The notes below the pieces were generated by a model. It had not been told where the DNA came from, made no database searches, and saw nothing but the letters and a program-made list of their open reading frames with translations. Source: Desulfobacterales bacterium (GTDB lineage Bacteria; Desulfobacterota; Desulfobacteria; Desulfobacterales; UBA5852). From it: DNA of 64,000 nucleotides. Where the stretch lies: contig CAXXVS010000003.1 in the NCBI GenBank assembly GCA_963674755.2, forward strand, positions 2,112,001 through 2,176,000, in the 5' to 3' direction. Shown one piece after another: positions 33,315-47,656 of the stretch; positions within the stretch are counted from its first letter, which is position 1; every line of letters starts with the position of its first letter. Made by a program: the position numbers and the translations under genes.

Positions 33315-33698
33315 ATGGCTGAAATCAAAAAAGAAGATGTAATTGACTTTATTGCGAACATGTCGGTCCTGGAGTTATCCGAACTGGTCAAAGAGCTCGA
33401 GGATAAATTCGGGGTATCCGCCGCGGCGCCGGTCGCCATGATGGCCGGTGTACCTGCTGGTGGCGATGCGGGTGCTGCCGAAGAAAAGACGGAATTCGAC
33501 GTTATTATGACCGCCTTCGGCGATAAAAAGATCCAGGTGATCAAAGAGGTGCGCGCTATTACCGGTCTTGGTCTGAAAGAGGCCAAGGAATTGGTGGAAG
33601 GTGTCCCCAAAGCCGTCAAAGAAGGCATCGCCAAGGAAGAAGCAGAAAAAATCAAGGCCCAGCTGGAAGAGGCCGGGGCGCAGGTCGAAATCAAGTAG
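33315..33698 (+). CDS. rplL: 50S ribosomal protein L7/L12
   Basis: [20 protein letters not shown]. Confidence 0.99.
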   Translation: MAEIKKEDVIDFIANMSVLELSELVKELEDKFGVSAAAPVAMMAGVPAGGDAGAAEEKTEFDVIMTAFGDKKIQVIKEVRAITGLGLKEAKELVEGVPKAVKEGIAKEEAEKIKAQLEEAGAQVEIK

Positions 33699-33788
33699 TC
33701 GCGTTAGATGTTTGCATTACGACTCAGGAGGAAGGCGACTTCCTCCTGAGAACAATTTCGGCAACCCCCGTCAATGTGTGGAGAAGCC

Positions 33789-36700
33789 ATGTCGGAAAAG
33801 ACTTCGGTTAAACAACGGGTTAGAAAAAATTTTGGCAAAATTCCCCAAATTGTTGAGATACCCGATCTCATCGGTGTGCAAAGGGAATCTTACAGCCGTT
33901 TTCTGCAAATGGATATCCCCCCGGAGGAAAGGGAGGATATCGGCTTGCAATCCGTTTTCAGGTCGGTATTCCCGATCAAAGATTTTACCGGGAGCGCTTC
34001 TCTCGAATTCGTTTCCTATCGATTCGCAGAAGTCAAACATAGTGTCGAGGAATGTATCCACCGCGGGATGACCTATGAGATTCCGCTGCGCATTACGGCA
34101 CGGCTGGTCGTCTATGATATCGATTCGGAGACGGGTGTCGCCAATATCCGGGATATCAAGGAGCAGGAAATCTATTTCGGTACCATTCCGCTGATGACCG
34201 AAAAGGGCACCTTCATCATCAATGGAACGGAGCGCGTTGTCGTCAGTCAGCTGCATCGGTCCTCAGGCGTATTTTTTGATCACGACAAGGGCAAATCCCA
34301 CTCGTCGGGCAAAATTATCTATAGCTCCCGCATCATTCCCGTGCGGGGTTCATGGATCGATCTGGAAATCGATCCCAAGGATATCGTGCACATCCGTATC
34401 GATCGACGGCGCAAGTTCCCGGTGACGATTCTTTTCAAGGCCTTCGGCTACAGCGCCGAGGATCTCCTGAATTACTTCTATCGCACCGATACCTATGTGC
34501 TCAAGGGGAAACGCTTTTTCAAGTTGTTCGATTCTAATTTGCTCCGCGGGCAGCGTGCTTCGCGAGACGTGAAAGACCCGGAGAGCGGTGATATCCTGGT
34601 TAAAAAGGGGCGCATCTTTACCCAACGCGCCCTTCGTCGGTTGAAGGCCACCGATACCAAGGACATCCCCGTCAGCACGGAAGAGGTGCTTGGTAAAGTA
34701 TTTGCCCATACCATCGTCGACCCTAAAAGCGGCGAGGAACTCTTCAAAGCCAATGATGTGATCGACGAAGAGGTTCAGGAGAAATTATCCGAAGCGGGCG
34801 TTAACAGCTTCGAAGTCCTTTTCATCGATGGCGTCACCAGCAGTGATGCGGTTCGCAAAACGCTGCTGCTCGATAAAGTCGAATCCAAAGAAGAGGCTTT
34901 GATTGAAATCTATCGGCGCCTGCGGCCAGGCAATCCGGCCACACCGGAAGTGGCCCAGGATTTCATCGATAATCTCTTTTTTAAATCGACCTATTACGAC
35001 CTGTCCGGTGTCGGGCGCATGAAGATCAACCAACGGCTGGGTATCAACAGCGAGATCAGCCTGAGGATTTTGCGCAAGGAAGACATCCTGCTGACCGCCA
35101 AGACGCTTATCGAACTGCGGGATACCCAGGGCGTTGTGGACGATATCGATCACCTCGGCAACCGGCGCGTCCGGGCCGTGGGCGAGCTGCTGGAAAATCA
35201 GTACCGGATTGGCCTCGTCCGAATGGAACGGGCCATCAAAGAGCGGATGAGCCTCCAGGAAGTCGATGCCTTGATGCCGCACGATCTGGTCAATCCAAAG
35301 CCTGTGTCGGCGGTCGTCAAGGAGTTTTTCGGCACCAGCCAGTTGTCGCAGTTTATGGATCAAACCAATCCGCTTTCCGAAACGACCCACAAACGGCGGC
35401 TGAGCGCCCTCGGGCCGGGCGGTCTGACACGCGAGCGGGCGGGTTTCGAAGTTCGCGACGTCCACCCCTCCCATTATGGACGCATCTGTCCGATTGAAAC
35501 GCCGGAAGGTCCGAATATCGGGTTGATTGTATCCCTTGGTACTTACGCTCGAGTAAACGAGTACGGTTTTATTGAGACGCCTTACAGCGTGGTAAGGGAT
35601 GCGTCCTTGACCGATGAAGTGCGCTTTCTCAGCGCCTTCGAAGAAAAAGAGCATCCCATCGCCCAGGCCAATGCGCCCATGGATGAGAAGAAGCATTACA
35701 TCAATTCGATGGTCACATCGCGTGTGGCCGGTGAGTTCATGATGGTCGAACGGGATCAGATCGAATTAATGGACATTTCGCCGAACCAGCTCGTGAGTGT
35801 TTCGGCCTCGCTGATTCCCTTCCTGGAAAATGACGATGCCAACCGCGCCCTCATGGGGTCGAATATGCAGCGCCAAGCCGTACCCTTGCTGATGAGCGAA
35901 GCCCCGCTCGTCGGCACGGGGATCGAAGGCGTTGTGGCGCGGGATTCAGGCGTAGCCATTGTGGCCAAGCGCGATGGTGTGGTCGTCGACGTCGATGCGG
36001 CCCGTATCGTGATTCGTCACGACATCGCCGAAAACGGCGGTGGCAACGGTCATCCCGTTACTATCTATAATTTGTCCAAATTCGTACGCAGCAACCAGAA
36101 TACCTGCTTCAACCACCGCCCCATCATTTCCAAGGGCGAGCGCATCACGAAAGGCCAGATCATCGCCGACGGCCCGGCCACTGATTGCGGTGAGCTGGCG
36201 TTGGGTAAAAACGTGACGGTCGCCTTCATGCCCTGGGGGGGCTACAATTTTGAAGACTCCATTCTGGTAAGTGAAAGACTGGTGCGCGACGGCGTCTATA
36301 CCTCCATTCATATTGAAGAATTTGAAGTGGTCGCGCGGGATACCAAGCTTGGCAAGGAAGATATCACACGCGACATTCCCAACGTGGGAGATGAAGCTTT
36401 AAAAGATCTGGACGAAAGCGGAATCATCCGATTGGGGGCCGAAGTCGAACCCGGTGATATCTTGGTGGGCAAGATCACCCCCAAAGGTGAAACGCAATTG
36501 TCACCGGAAGAAAAATTGCTGCGCGCGATCTTCGGGGAAAAGGCCGGTGATGTCAAAGACACCTCCCTAAGGGTACCCCCCGGCGTTCAGGGCATTGTGA
36601 TCGATGCCAAGGTTTTTTCGCGTCGGGGCGCCAGCAAGGACGATCGGACGCGGTCCATCGAGGATGAAGAAATCGAACGTCGCGAAAAGGACCGCGATGA

Positions 36701-37889
36701 CGAAATCGCGATCATCGAAACGGCTGCTCGGGACAAGCTGATGCGCATGCTGGTGGACCAGAAAGCCTACTCCTCCATCAAAAAGGGGAAAAAAGTGGTC
36801 GTGGCCAAAAACGCCACCATCACCGAAGATGCCTTACAGGGTATTCCCCTGTCGCAGATTGAGGGCATTGTGCTGAAAGATCCCCAGCAGACCGAAGAAA
36901 TTCACGATATTATCGAAAAATACCAGCAGATGTGCGATGCGGTGCGGGAGCGTTTTGAACAGCAGGTATCCCGTTTCGAGAAGGGGGACGACCTGCCTCC
37001 CGGCGTGATCAAAATGGTCAAGGTTTACGTGGCCATGAAACGCAAGCTGTCCGTCGGAGACAAAATGGCGGGGCGCCACGGCAACAAGGGTGTGGTTTCG
37101 CGAATCCTGCCGGTTGAAGATCTGCCCTATTTCGAAAACGGCAACCCGGTCGATATGGTCCTGAATCCGCTGGGCGTACCATCGCGTATGAACGTCGGGC
37201 AAATCCTTGAAATTCATCTGGGTTTGGCGGCCAAAGGCCTCGGCGATCAGATCAACCTGCTCTTAGAAGAGCGCCAAACCAAAGCCCTGCGGGAAAAACT
37301 CGATAACATCTTCGCCGGTCAGAAAGACGCCCCCGCCATCAAAAAGCTAAGCGATGAAGATGTGAAAACCTTCGCACGCAATTATACCGCCGGGGTTCAC
37401 ATGGCGACCCCGGTCTTCGATGGTGCCAAAGAAGAGGAAATTAAGGCGCTCCTGGAAGAAGCCGGCTACGATCGATTGGCCCAGGCCAAACTGTTCGACG
37501 GACGCACCGGGAAACCGTTCGATGAAAAGATCACGGTGGGCACGATGTATATGCTGAAGCTGCACCATCTGGTCGATGACAAGATTCATGCCCGTTCGAT
37601 CGGTCCCTATTCCCTGGTGACCCAGCAGCCATTAGGCGGCAAGGCCCAGTTTGGCGGCCAGCGGCTGGGAGAAATGGAAGTCTGGGCCATGGAAGCCTAT
37701 GGCGCGGCCTATGCCTTGCAGGAGTTCTTGACGGTCAAATCGGACGACATGGCCGGCCGAACCCGCATGTATGAGAAAATCGTAAAGGGACAAAATGTCC
37801 TCGAGCCGGGTTTGCCTGAATCCTTCCGGGTTATGACCAAGGAGCTTCAGGCATTGGGACTGGATATCCAGTTACTGGAAGGCGAATAA
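33789..37889 (+). CDS. rpoB: DNA-directed RNA polymerase subunit beta
   Basis: [33 protein letters not shown]; start set at ATG 33789 after GGAG. Confidence 0.99.
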   Translation: MSEKTSVKQRVRKNFGKIPQIVEIPDLIGVQRESYSRFLQMDIPPEEREDIGLQSVFRSVFPIKDFTGSASLEFVSYRFAEVKHSVEECIHRGMTYEIPLRITARLVVYDIDSETGVANIRDIKEQEIYFGTIPLMTEKGTFIINGTERVVVSQLHRSSGVFFDHDKGKSHSSGKIIYSSRIIPVRGSWIDLEIDPKDIVHIRIDRRRKFPVTILFKAFGYSAEDLLNYFYRTDTYVLKGKRFFKLFDSNLLRGQRASRDVKDPESGDILVKKGRIFTQRALRRLKATDTKDIPVSTEEVLGKVFAHTIVDPKSGEELFKANDVIDEEVQEKLSEAGVNSFEVLFIDGVTSSDAVRKTLLLDKVESKEEALIEIYRRLRPGNPATPEVAQDFIDNLFFKSTYYDLSGVGRMKINQRLGINSEISLRILRKEDILLTAKTLIELRDTQGVVDDIDHLGNRRVRAVGELLENQYRIGLVRMERAIKERMSLQEVDALMPHDLVNPKPVSAVVKEFFGTSQLSQFMDQTNPLSETTHKRRLSALGPGGLTRERAGFEVRDVHPSHYGRICPIETPEGPNIGLIVSLGTYARVNEYGFIETPYSVVRDASLTDEVRFLSAFEEKEHPIAQANAPMDEKKHYINSMVTSRVAGEFMMVERDQIELMDISPNQLVSVSASLIPFLENDDANRALMGSNMQRQAVPLLMSEAPLVGTGIEGVVARDSGVAIVAKRDGVVVDVDAARIVIRHDIAENGGGNGHPVTIYNLSKFVRSNQNTCFNHRPIISKGERITKGQIIADGPATDCGELALGKNVTVAFMPWGGYNFEDSILVSERLVRDGVYTSIHIEEFEVVARDTKLGKEDITRDIPNVGDEALKDLDESGIIRLGAEVEPGDILVGKITPKGETQLSPEEKLLRAIFGEKAGDVKDTSLRVPPGVQGIVIDAKVFSRRGASKDDRTRSIEDEEIERREKDRDDEIAIIETAARDKLMRMLVDQKAYSSIKKGKKVVVAKNATITEDALQGIPLSQIEGIVLKDPQQTEEIHDIIEKYQQMCDAVRERFEQQVSRFEKGDDLPPGVIKMVKVYVAMKRKLSVGDKMAGRHGNKGVVSRILPVEDLPYFENGNPVDMVLNPLGVPSRMNVGQILEIHLGLAAKGLGDQINLLLEERQTKALREKLDNIFAGQKDAPAIKKLSDEDVKTFARNYTAGVHMATPVFDGAKEEEIKALLEEAGYDRLAQAKLFDGRTGKPFDEKITVGTMYMLKLHHLVDDKIHARSIGPYSLVTQQPLGGKAQFGGQRLGEMEVWAMEAYGAAYALQEFLTVKSDDMAGRTRMYEKIVKGQNVLEPGLPESFRVMTKELQALGLDIQLLEGE

Positions 37890-37903
37890 CTAAGGAGAGT
37901 ACC

Positions 37904-40900
37904 TTGGAAACGTTATACGATTTCTTCGCGAAGCCCACCGATCCGAGACGATACGACGGAATCCGTTTGGCCCTGGCCTCATCGGAGCAAATCCGCAAGT
38001 GGTCCTTTGGGGAGATCAAAAAGCCTGAAACGATCAACTACCGGACCTTTAAACCGGAGCGTGACGGCTTGTTCTGCGCCAAAATTTTTGGCCCCACCAA
38101 GGACTACGAGTGCAACTGCGGTAAGTACAAACGGATGAAACACCGTGGCGTGATCTGTGAAAAATGCGGGGTCGAAGTTATTCAATCCAAAGTCCGACGG
38201 GAACGAATGGCCCATATCGAGCTGGCCACGCCGGTGTCCCATATCTGGTTTCTCAAGAGCCTGCCCAGCAAAATCGGCAACCTCTTGGACCTGACCCTCA
38301 AAAACATGGAGAAGGTACTCTATTTCGATAACTATATCGTCATTGATCCCAAGGACACCCCGCTGACCAGGGGACAGCTGCTGTCGGACGAGAAATACCA
38401 CGAAGCACTCGAGTTGTACGGTAACAAATTCGAAGCCGGTATCGGCGCTGAAGCGGTCAAGATCATGCTCGAAGACATCGATCTTGACACCCTGTACAAC
38501 GAGCTTCGTACGGAAGTACGCGAGACGGGTTCCATTGCCAAACGGCAAAAGTTGGCCAAACGGTTGAAGATTGTCGACGCCTTTCGCCGGTCGGGTGTGG
38601 ATCCCGCCTGGATGATCATGGATGCCGTCCCGGTCCTGCCGCCCGATCTGCGACCCCTGGTGCCGCTTGAGGGGGGGCGTTTCGCCACCTCCGATCTAAA
38701 CGATCTTTACCGCCGCGTGATCAACCGCAACAACCGTTTGAAGCGTTTGATCGATCTCAAAGCCCCGGACATTATCGTTCGCAACGAGAAGCGGATGCTG
38801 CAGGAAGCGGTGGATGTGCTCTTTGACAACGGGCGACACGGGCGTGTGATCACCGGCACCAATAAACGCCCCCTGAAATCGTTGAGTGACACCCTGAAGG
38901 GCAAGCAGGGACGATTCCGTCAAAACCTGCTCGGTAAGCGTGTCGATTATTCCGGACGAACCGTTATTACGGTTGGCCCGGATTTGCGCCTGCATCAATG
39001 CGGTTTGCCGAAGAAGATGGCCCTGGAGCTGTTCAAGCCCTTCATCTACTACCGGCTGGAGCAGAAGGGACTGGTTTCCACCGTCAAGAGCGCCAAAAAA
39101 ATGGTGGAACGCGAAATTCCGGAAGTCTGGGATACCCTGGATGAAGTCGTCAAGGAATATCCCGTCATGCTCAACCGGGCGCCAACCCTTCACCGGTTGG
39201 GGATTCAGGCTTTTGAACCGATTCTGATCGAAGGCAAGGCGATCCAGCTGCACCCCCTGGTCTGCACCGCATTCAACGCGGATTTCGACGGCGACCAGAT
39301 GGCGGTCCATGTGCCGCTGTCGGTCGAAGCCCAGATTGAGGCGCGGGTGTTGATGCTCTCCAGCAACAACATCCTCTCGCCGGCCAACGGCAGCCCGATT
39401 ATTGTCCCCAGCCAGGATATCGTACTGGGGATCTATTACATGACCCGCGGGATCAAAGACCGCAAGGGTGAAGGTCGCATTTTCAGCGGCCCCGAAGAAG
39501 TCCGGATCGCCTACGATGCCGGCGCCGTCGAGCTGCATACACAGATCAAGGTGCGGGTCGGAAGTGAGCGGCTGGACACCACGGTCGGAAGGGTGCTGCT
39601 CTACGAGGTCATGCCCAACGATGTCGTGATGGCATTTCAGCATATCGTGGTAGCCACGGAAGCCGAAGCCGCTTCGCTCACCGAAGCGCTCGAAGCCGGC
39701 ACACCCTTCGAAGACCTCATGGACCGGGACAATGGTGCCGCCGTGGTGATCGACGATGGATTTACGGGCCTGCTCAAGGAAAGCGAGCTCCAGGAAATTT
39801 ACAACCTGGCGGAAGCGGATGCCGAGGCTCTTTTTGGCCTCGATAGCGGCCGCTATGCCGGTCCCGTGGAAGCCGACAAACGGTTCCATTTCTTTGCCGC
39901 CGCCCGACGCGAGGTCGGGGTTCCCTTCAAGGCCGTGAATCAGGTTATGGACAAGAAGGCCCTGCGCGAGCTGGTGGATCTGGTCTATCGCCGGCTGGGG
40001 CCCAAAGCGACGGTCATTTTGTCCGACCGGCTCAAAGACGTCGGCTACCGCTATTCCACCGAAGGCGGTTTGTCCATTTCAATCGACGCCATGATCATCC
40101 CGGAAAAGAAATGGGATATTTTGCAGCAATCGGAAGCGCAAGTCGCCGAAATCGGCCGCCAGTACACCGAGGGTCTGATTACCCAGGGTGAGAAATACAA
40201 TAAGGTCGTCGATATCTGGGCCAAGGCAACCGACGATGTGGCCAACGAAATGATGGAAGCCATGAAAAATGCGCCATCCCCAGGGGGCCACGAGGCTGCC
40301 GGGTTCAATCCCATCTTTATGATGGCGGATTCCGGCGCCCGCGGCAGTAAGGATCAGATGCGTCAGTTGGCCGGCATGCGCGGCCTTATGGCCAAACCTT
40401 CCGGTGAGATCATCGAAACGCCGATCCAGGCCAACTTTCGCGAGGGGCTGTCGGTTTTGCAGTACTTCATCTCAACCCACGGCGCCCGCAAGGGACTTGC
40501 CGATACCGCGCTTAAAACGGCCAATTCCGGGTACCTCACGCGCCGTTTGGCGGATGTGGCCCAGGATTGTGTTATTGCGGAAACCGATTGCGGTACGATG
40601 ATGGGGGTCGAAGTGGAGCCGCTCATGGAAGGCGGGGAAGTCATCCAGCGCCTGGGCGAGCGTATTCTGGGCCGCTACACCATCGAAGACATTGTCGATC
40701 CTTTCACCGATGAAGTCTTGGTCAGGGCCGGTAAAGAGGTGGACGAGGCCGCCGTTCAACGGATTGAGAATTCCGGTGTGACCAGCGTCAAGATTCGATC
40801 CGCCCTGACATGCCGTGCCAAGCACGGGGTTTGTGCTAATTGTTACGGCCGTGATCTGGCCCATGGGCGTCTCGTGGAAATGGGGCAGGCGATCGGCATA

Positions 40901-42265
40901 TTGGCCGCCCAATCGATCGGGGAACCGGGAACTCAGTTGACGATGCGTACCTTCCACATCGGTGGTACGGCCAGCCGACGGGTGGAGCAGGCCGATATCC
41001 GCGCGCGTGTCGAGGGCACCGTAAAGTTTATGGATATCAACGTGGTGGAAAACTCGATCGGCGATCTCATCGTGATGAACCGTCGGGGCGGGGAATTTGC
41101 CATTGTCGGCGAAAACGATCGTGAACGGGAACGTTTCCCTGTCATTTTCGGCGCCCACCTGATGGTCAGGGACGGTGCCCAGGTGAAGGCGGGCGATCTG
41201 CTCGCCCAGTGGGACCCTTTTACCACCCCCATTATCACCGAAGTGAGCGGTACGGCCAAATTCGGTGATATTTTGCCGGGCAAGACCATTCAGGAAAAAG
41301 TCGACCCGGTGACGGGCAAGTCCAGCCATACAATCATTGAATCCAAACTGGCTGACGCCCGCCCCCGTATTTCGATCAAGGACGAATCCGGCAAGACCGC
41401 CAAGTTGTCGTCCAAGTCAGGTCTGGCCCGCTATATCCTGCCGACGGATGCCATTTTGATGGTGGAAGAAGGGGATTCGATCCAGGCCGGTGACATTATT
41501 GCCAAATTGCCCCGGGCGACCACCAAGACCAAGGACATCACGGGGGGTCTGCCCCGGGTCGCTGAATTGTTTGAGGTTCGCAAACCCAAAGACATTGCCG
41601 TCTTGAGCGAAATTGACGGCTATGTATCCATTGCCAAAGGGACCAAGAAGGGGAAACAAAAAATTACGGTTACCCCGGTGGATGTGGGTGAGAAGAAAGA
41701 ATACCTCATCCCCCGCGGCAAGCATATCAACGTGTATGAAGGCGATTATGTGCGCGCCGGCGAACCTTTGATCGGCGGGGCTGCCATTCCCCAGGATTTG
41801 CTGAATATCAAAGGGGAAATTGCCCTGGCGCGCTATCTGGTGGATGAGGTCCAGGAGGTGTACCGCCTGCAGGGCGTGCGTATCAACGACAAGCACATCG
41901 AAGTCATCGTGCGCCAGATGATGCGTCGCGTCAAAGTACATGAGGTGGGTGATACGGAATTCATCACTGAAGAGCAGGTGGACCGCATCGTGTTTGAAGA
42001 GGCGAATCGGGCCGTGATTGAAAAGGGCGGCAAGCCTGCCATGGCCGAGCCGCTGATTTTGGGGATTACCAAAGCGTCGCTCAGCACGGACAGCTTCATT
42101 TCGGCCGCCTCTTTTCAGGAAACCACCAAAGTGCTCACCGACGCCGCCATCGGGGGCACAAAAGATTACTTGCGCGGACTGAAAGAAAATGTCATAATGG
42201 GTCGTTTGATCCCAGCTGGAACGGGATTTCCTATGTACAACGATGTTCACATGGATCAGGGCTGA
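37904..42265 (+). CDS. rpoC: DNA-directed RNA polymerase subunit beta-prime, with ~100-aa parvulin-like insertion
   Basis: NADFDGD catalytic motif, both zinc sites, trigger loop with SI3-type insert; TTG start after AAGGAG. Confidence 0.99.
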   Translation: METLYDFFAKPTDPRRYDGIRLALASSEQIRKWSFGEIKKPETINYRTFKPERDGLFCAKIFGPTKDYECNCGKYKRMKHRGVICEKCGVEVIQSKVRRERMAHIELATPVSHIWFLKSLPSKIGNLLDLTLKNMEKVLYFDNYIVIDPKDTPLTRGQLLSDEKYHEALELYGNKFEAGIGAEAVKIMLEDIDLDTLYNELRTEVRETGSIAKRQKLAKRLKIVDAFRRSGVDPAWMIMDAVPVLPPDLRPLVPLEGGRFATSDLNDLYRRVINRNNRLKRLIDLKAPDIIVRNEKRMLQEAVDVLFDNGRHGRVITGTNKRPLKSLSDTLKGKQGRFRQNLLGKRVDYSGRTVITVGPDLRLHQCGLPKKMALELFKPFIYYRLEQKGLVSTVKSAKKMVEREIPEVWDTLDEVVKEYPVMLNRAPTLHRLGIQAFEPILIEGKAIQLHPLVCTAFNADFDGDQMAVHVPLSVEAQIEARVLMLSSNNILSPANGSPIIVPSQDIVLGIYYMTRGIKDRKGEGRIFSGPEEVRIAYDAGAVELHTQIKVRVGSERLDTTVGRVLLYEVMPNDVVMAFQHIVVATEAEAASLTEALEAGTPFEDLMDRDNGAAVVIDDGFTGLLKESELQEIYNLAEADAEALFGLDSGRYAGPVEADKRFHFFAAARREVGVPFKAVNQVMDKKALRELVDLVYRRLGPKATVILSDRLKDVGYRYSTEGGLSISIDAMIIPEKKWDILQQSEAQVAEIGRQYTEGLITQGEKYNKVVDIWAKATDDVANEMMEAMKNAPSPGGHEAAGFNPIFMMADSGARGSKDQMRQLAGMRGLMAKPSGEIIETPIQANFREGLSVLQYFISTHGARKGLADTALKTANSGYLTRRLADVAQDCVIAETDCGTMMGVEVEPLMEGGEVIQRLGERILGRYTIEDIVDPFTDEVLVRAGKEVDEAAVQRIENSGVTSVKIRSALTCRAKHGVCANCYGRDLAHGRLVEMGQAIGILAAQSIGEPGTQLTMRTFHIGGTASRRVEQADIRARVEGTVKFMDINVVENSIGDLIVMNRRGGEFAIVGENDRERERFPVIFGAHLMVRDGAQVKAGDLLAQWDPFTTPIITEVSGTAKFGDILPGKTIQEKVDPVTGKSSHTIIESKLADARPRISIKDESGKTAKLSSKSGLARYILPTDAILMVEEGDSIQAGDIIAKLPRATTKTKDITGGLPRVAELFEVRKPKDIAVLSEIDGYVSIAKGTKKGKQKITVTPVDVGEKKEYLIPRGKHINVYEGDYVRAGEPLIGGAAIPQDLLNIKGEIALARYLVDEVQEVYRLQGVRINDKHIEVIVRQMMRRVKVHEVGDTEFITEEQVDRIVFEEANRAVIEKGGKPAMAEPLILGITKASLSTDSFISAASFQETTKVLTDAAIGGTKDYLRGLKENVIMGRLIPAGTGFPMYNDVHMDQG

Positions 42266-42480
42266 TCGCAACCGCCTGCCCTGAAAAGGCGCAGGCGGCA
42301 CCTCAGCAGTATGCCACATGTTAACTGAAACGATCCGCTTCGGCGTTCAATCGTTTTAAGAACATAGGGTTTTCATTCCACGGTTGTTGGTGACAAACTG
42401 ACGTAGCGCGTCTTCCCTTAAGGTTGTCAGGATAAGCTGGGCCTTAGAGGGAAGATCCTATGTTTCAAGCCTAAAAATGC

Positions 42481-42509
42481 TTGACATTTATTTGGGGTAT
42501 GTATACATA
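42481..42509 (+). promoter_or_regulatory. putative str operon promoter
   Basis: TTGACA (42481-42486) followed 15-17 bp later by TATACATA, upstream of rpsL. Confidence 0.5.
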
Positions 42510-42567
42510 TCGCATTTTTTGCCGTGCTGAAAACTTCGTGTAATTTATATCAACGGATGAGGATAAC

Positions 42568-42939
42568 ATGCCGACCATCAACCAGCTTGTTCGCAAAGGC
42601 CGCAAGAGAATCAAGAAAAAGACCAACACGCCGGCCCTGAAAGGGGCACCGCAGAAACGGGGCGTGTGTACACGTGTTTACACCTCTACCCCTAAAAAGC
42701 CCAACTCGGCGTTGCGCAAGGTGGCGCGTGTTCGGTTGACGACCGGGGTGGAAGTTACGGCGTATATCCCTGGCATCGGGCACAATTTGCAGGAGCATTC
42801 CGTCGTTTTGGTGCGTGGCGGTCGTGTAAAGGATTTGCCGGGCGTGCGCTATCATATCGTCCGTGGCACACTGGACACGCTGGGTGTTGAGGATCGACGG
42901 CAAGGGCGCAGTAAATATGGCGCCAAACGGCCCAAATAA
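42568..42939 (+). CDS. rpsL: 30S ribosomal protein S12
   Basis: [19 protein letters not shown]. Confidence 0.99.
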   Translation: MPTINQLVRKGRKRIKKKTNTPALKGAPQKRGVCTRVYTSTPKKPNSALRKVARVRLTTGVEVTAYIPGIGHNLQEHSVVLVRGGRVKDLPGVRYHIVRGTLDTLGVEDRRQGRSKYGAKRPK

Positions 42940-42955
42940 GCATAGGACCATGTAG

Positions 42956-43468
<513 letters not shown>

Positions 43469-43587
43469 ACTGACCGGCGTGCCCGGATATGGTTTCCCGA
43501 TTAGATTGTTGATGGACCGGTTTCGGCACAACAGCCGCTAAAAGTTGATCAAGAAAAATTAAGACCCGTACCGGGGAGGAAGAGAAG

Positions 43588-44781
<1,194 letters not shown>

Positions 44782-44799
44782 AAGAGAAAGATTGATATC

Positions 44800-45111
44800 A
44801 TGATAATGAATACCAAGATACGGATCCGGTTGAAGGCCTACGATCACATGTTGCTGGATCAGTCTGCTTCGGACATCGTTGATACGGCCAACAAGACCGG
44901 CGCCAAGGTCGTGGGGCCGATTCCGTTGCCGACGCGCATCAACAAGTTTTGTGTGCTGCGTTCGCCGCATATCGACAAGAAGTCGCGCGAACAATTCGAA
45001 ATGCGCACCCATAAACGCCTTCTCGATATACTGGAACCGACCCAGCAGACGGTCGACGCCTTGATGAAGCTCGATCTGTCACCGGGTGTCGATGTTGAAA
45101 TTAAACTCTAG
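44800..45111 (+). CDS. rpsJ: 30S ribosomal protein S10
   Basis: [23 protein letters not shown]. Confidence 0.99.
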   Translation: MIMNTKIRIRLKAYDHMLLDQSASDIVDTANKTGAKVVGPIPLPTRINKFCVLRSPHIDKKSREQFEMRTHKRLLDILEPTQQTVDALMKLDLSPGVDVEIKL

Positions 45112-45132
45112 CACGGAAAAGCGGTTATCGAC

Positions 45133-45756
45133 ATGTGCAAAGGACTGATAGGCAAAAAACTGGGCATGACCAGTCTGTTTACACCGGAGGGATATGCCGT
45201 CCCGGTGACGGTCATTGAACTCGGCCCTTGTGTTGTGACGCAGGTCAAATCGGAGGCCACGGATGGCTACAATGCCATTCAGCTCGGATTCGGAACGAAA
45301 AAGGCCTCACGGATCAACAAGCCCTTGACAGGGCACTACCAGAAAAGTGGCGGGCAGTATGCGGTTCTGAAGGAGTTCCCGGTCGACGAGGCATCGACTT
45401 ACGAGGTGGGGCAGACGGTGGCCCTGGATTTGTTCGAAGTGGGTGAAAAAGTCGATATCGTGGGAACCACCAAGGGACGCGGATTTTCCGGTGTTACCAA
45501 ACGCCATGGTTTTCGGCTGGGTCGTAAAACGCACGGCAGCAAGAGCTATCGGATCCCCGGTTCGGTGGGTTGCAGTGCCTGGCCGGCTAGGATTATCCGT
45601 GGGAAGAAGATGCCGGGACAATACGGCAACCAGCGCCAAACGGCACGTAATCTCGAAATCGTCGATATGCGTCCCGAGGAAAATCTGGTCATGATCAAGG
45701 GGGCTGTCCCGGGGCATCGCAATGCGCTGGTCATGGTGAACAAGCTCAAGTTTTAA
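45133..45756 (+). CDS. rplC: 50S ribosomal protein L3
   Basis: GKKLGMT, DGYNAIQLGF, KGAVPG. Confidence 0.98.
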   Translation: MCKGLIGKKLGMTSLFTPEGYAVPVTVIELGPCVVTQVKSEATDGYNAIQLGFGTKKASRINKPLTGHYQKSGGQYAVLKEFPVDEASTYEVGQTVALDLFEVGEKVDIVGTTKGRGFSGVTKRHGFRLGRKTHGSKSYRIPGSVGCSAWPARIIRGKKMPGQYGNQRQTARNLEIVDMRPEENLVMIKGAVPGHRNALVMVNKLKF

Positions 45757-45837
45757 CAGAGGTTATGCTATCCGGCCCGCTGAAGCGCGGTTGTCGGTTC
45801 TTGTTACAGCAACATAAGCAGATACGGAAAAGACGAT

Positions 45838-46458
45838 ATGGCTGTCGTAGACGTTCTCAATCAAACCGGAGAAAAGGTGGCCCAGACTGAACTGGCGGAT
45901 AGCTGCTTCAACATTGACGTCAAGCCGAGTGTCCTGCACGCGGTGGTCAAGATGCAGCTTGCCAACCGCCGGGCCGGCACGGCTTCCGTCAAGAATCGCA
46001 GTGATGTGAAAGGCAGCAGGCGTAAGCTTTTTCGCCAAAAAGGAACCGGCCGCGCCCGTCGCGGTGATGCCAATTCGCCGTTGTTGCGGGGAGGCGGTGT
46101 CGTATTCGGTCCGCATCCCAAAAGCTGGGCGATCAAAGTTCCCAAAAAAGTGCGGCGTTTAGCGCTTAAAATGGCGCTGAGCACCAAATTAAAGGGCGAA
46201 AATCTGATGGTTTTGAAGGACATCAGCCTTTCTGAAATCAAAACCAAAGCCTTTGCAGGACTGATGGCGGACCTGCAACTGAGCAACGCCCTGTTTATCA
46301 TCAACGAAAAAAACCTCAACATGGAGCTCTCCGCGCGCAACATCCCCGGGGTCAAAGTACTCCGCAGCGACGGATTGAATGTTTACGATATTTTGAAATA
46401 CCGCCATCTGGTATTGCTCGAGCCTTCAATCGAGCAGATTGAGGGGAGGCTGGCATGA
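45838..46458 (+). CDS. rplD: 50S ribosomal protein L4
   Basis: [17 protein letters not shown]. Confidence 0.98.
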   Translation: MAVVDVLNQTGEKVAQTELADSCFNIDVKPSVLHAVVKMQLANRRAGTASVKNRSDVKGSRRKLFRQKGTGRARRGDANSPLLRGGGVVFGPHPKSWAIKVPKKVRRLALKMALSTKLKGENLMVLKDISLSEIKTKAFAGLMADLQLSNALFIINEKNLNMELSARNIPGVKVLRSDGLNVYDILKYRHLVLLEPSIEQIEGRLA

Positions 46459-46742
46459 ATGCCTACAGTGTCATCAAAAGGCCGATCGTAACGGAAAAGA
46501 CAAGCATCCAGAAGGAAAAAGACAACCAGGTCACCTTCGAGGTTGATACGAATGCCAACCGTGTGCAGATTCGCAAAGCGGTCGAGGAAATCTTCAATGT
46601 ACACGTGGCGGGTGTCCGTACGGCCCATGTGCGCGGCAAATTCAAGCAGCGGGGACGCATTATCGGCAAACGACGGGATTGGAAAAAAGCTGTCGTGACG
46701 TTGATGCCCGGACAACGAATTGATTTTTTTGAAGGTGTTTAA
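46455..46742 (+). CDS. rplW: 50S ribosomal protein L23
   Basis: [14 protein letters not shown]. Confidence 0.98.
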   Translation: MNAYSVIKRPIVTEKTSIQKEKDNQVTFEVDTNANRVQIRKAVEEIFNVHVAGVRTAHVRGKFKQRGRIIGKRRDWKKAVVTLMPGQRIDFFEGV

Positions 46743-46756
46743 ACAGGGAGTTTACA

Positions 46757-47584
46757 ATGGCTGTTAGAAAGGTCAAACCCACATCCCCCGGCAGACGATT
46801 TCAGGCCTACGCGACCTTTGAGGAGGTTACACGCCGCCAGCCCGAAAAAAGTCTTTTGCGCGTGGTAAAAAAATCCGGCGGTCGCAATGCCAATGGACGC
46901 ATTACCGCCCGCCACCGTGGCGGCGGCCATAAGCGTCATTACCGCTTGGTCGATTTCAAGCGCGACAAGATTGATATCCCGGCCCGCGTAGCGGAGATCG
47001 AATACGATCCCAATCGCTCGGCGCGTATCGCCCTGCTGCACTATGCTGATGGCGAGAAACGTTATATTCTGGCGCCACGCCATCTTCAGGTCAACGACCA
47101 GGTCATTTCTAGCGAAAATGCCGATATCAAGCCCGGCAATACGCTGCCGCTGAAAAATATCCCTTTGGGCACGCACGTTCATAACATTGAACTGCGTCTC
47201 GGCAAAGGAGGGCAAATCGTCCGCAGTGCCGGTACTTATGCCCAGCTCATGGCCAAGGAAGAGCCGTATGCCCTGATCAAGTTGCCATCCGGTGAAGTGC
47301 GCATGGTGCTGTCCAACTGCAAGGCCACCATCGGGCAGTTGGGTAATGTCACCCATGAAAATACGGCGCTGGGCAAAGCCGGACGCCGCCGCTGGCTGGG
47401 TCGCCGACCCAGTGTACGCGGTGTCGCCATGAACCCCATCGATCACCCCATGGGAGGCGGTGAGGGACGCTCATCAGGTGGGCGCCATCCCTGCAGCCCT
47501 TGGGGAATGCCAACCAAGGGATATAAGACGCGCAAGAACAAGCGTACAGACCGTTATATCGTCAAGCGGCGGTCGAAACGATAA
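46757..47584 (+). CDS. rplB: 50S ribosomal protein L2
   Basis: [25 protein letters not shown]. Confidence 0.99.
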   Translation: MAVRKVKPTSPGRRFQAYATFEEVTRRQPEKSLLRVVKKSGGRNANGRITARHRGGGHKRHYRLVDFKRDKIDIPARVAEIEYDPNRSARIALLHYADGEKRYILAPRHLQVNDQVISSENADIKPGNTLPLKNIPLGTHVHNIELRLGKGGQIVRSAGTYAQLMAKEEPYALIKLPSGEVRMVLSNCKATIGQLGNVTHENTALGKAGRRRWLGRRPSVRGVAMNPIDHPMGGGEGRSSGGRHPCSPWGMPTKGYKTRKNKRTDRYIVKRRSKR

Positions 47585-47656
47585 TCGCCCCATGGGCAAT
47601 CCGGGGGGTGCGCTAAGCGCAAGCCTCGCGTCGCAACAGAAGGTTCAGGAGATACT

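Noticed and set aside
39617..39916. RpoC insertion as an intein or intron
   Set aside because: No N-terminal Cys/Ser block, no terminal His-Asn followed by Cys/Ser/Thr, no endonuclease motifs; the frame stays open and resembles a parvulin instead.
40970..41535. Large insert in the beta-prime trigger loop
   Set aside because: This is the known SI3 (beta-prime i6) sandwich-barrel insertion typical of Proteobacteria and related phyla.
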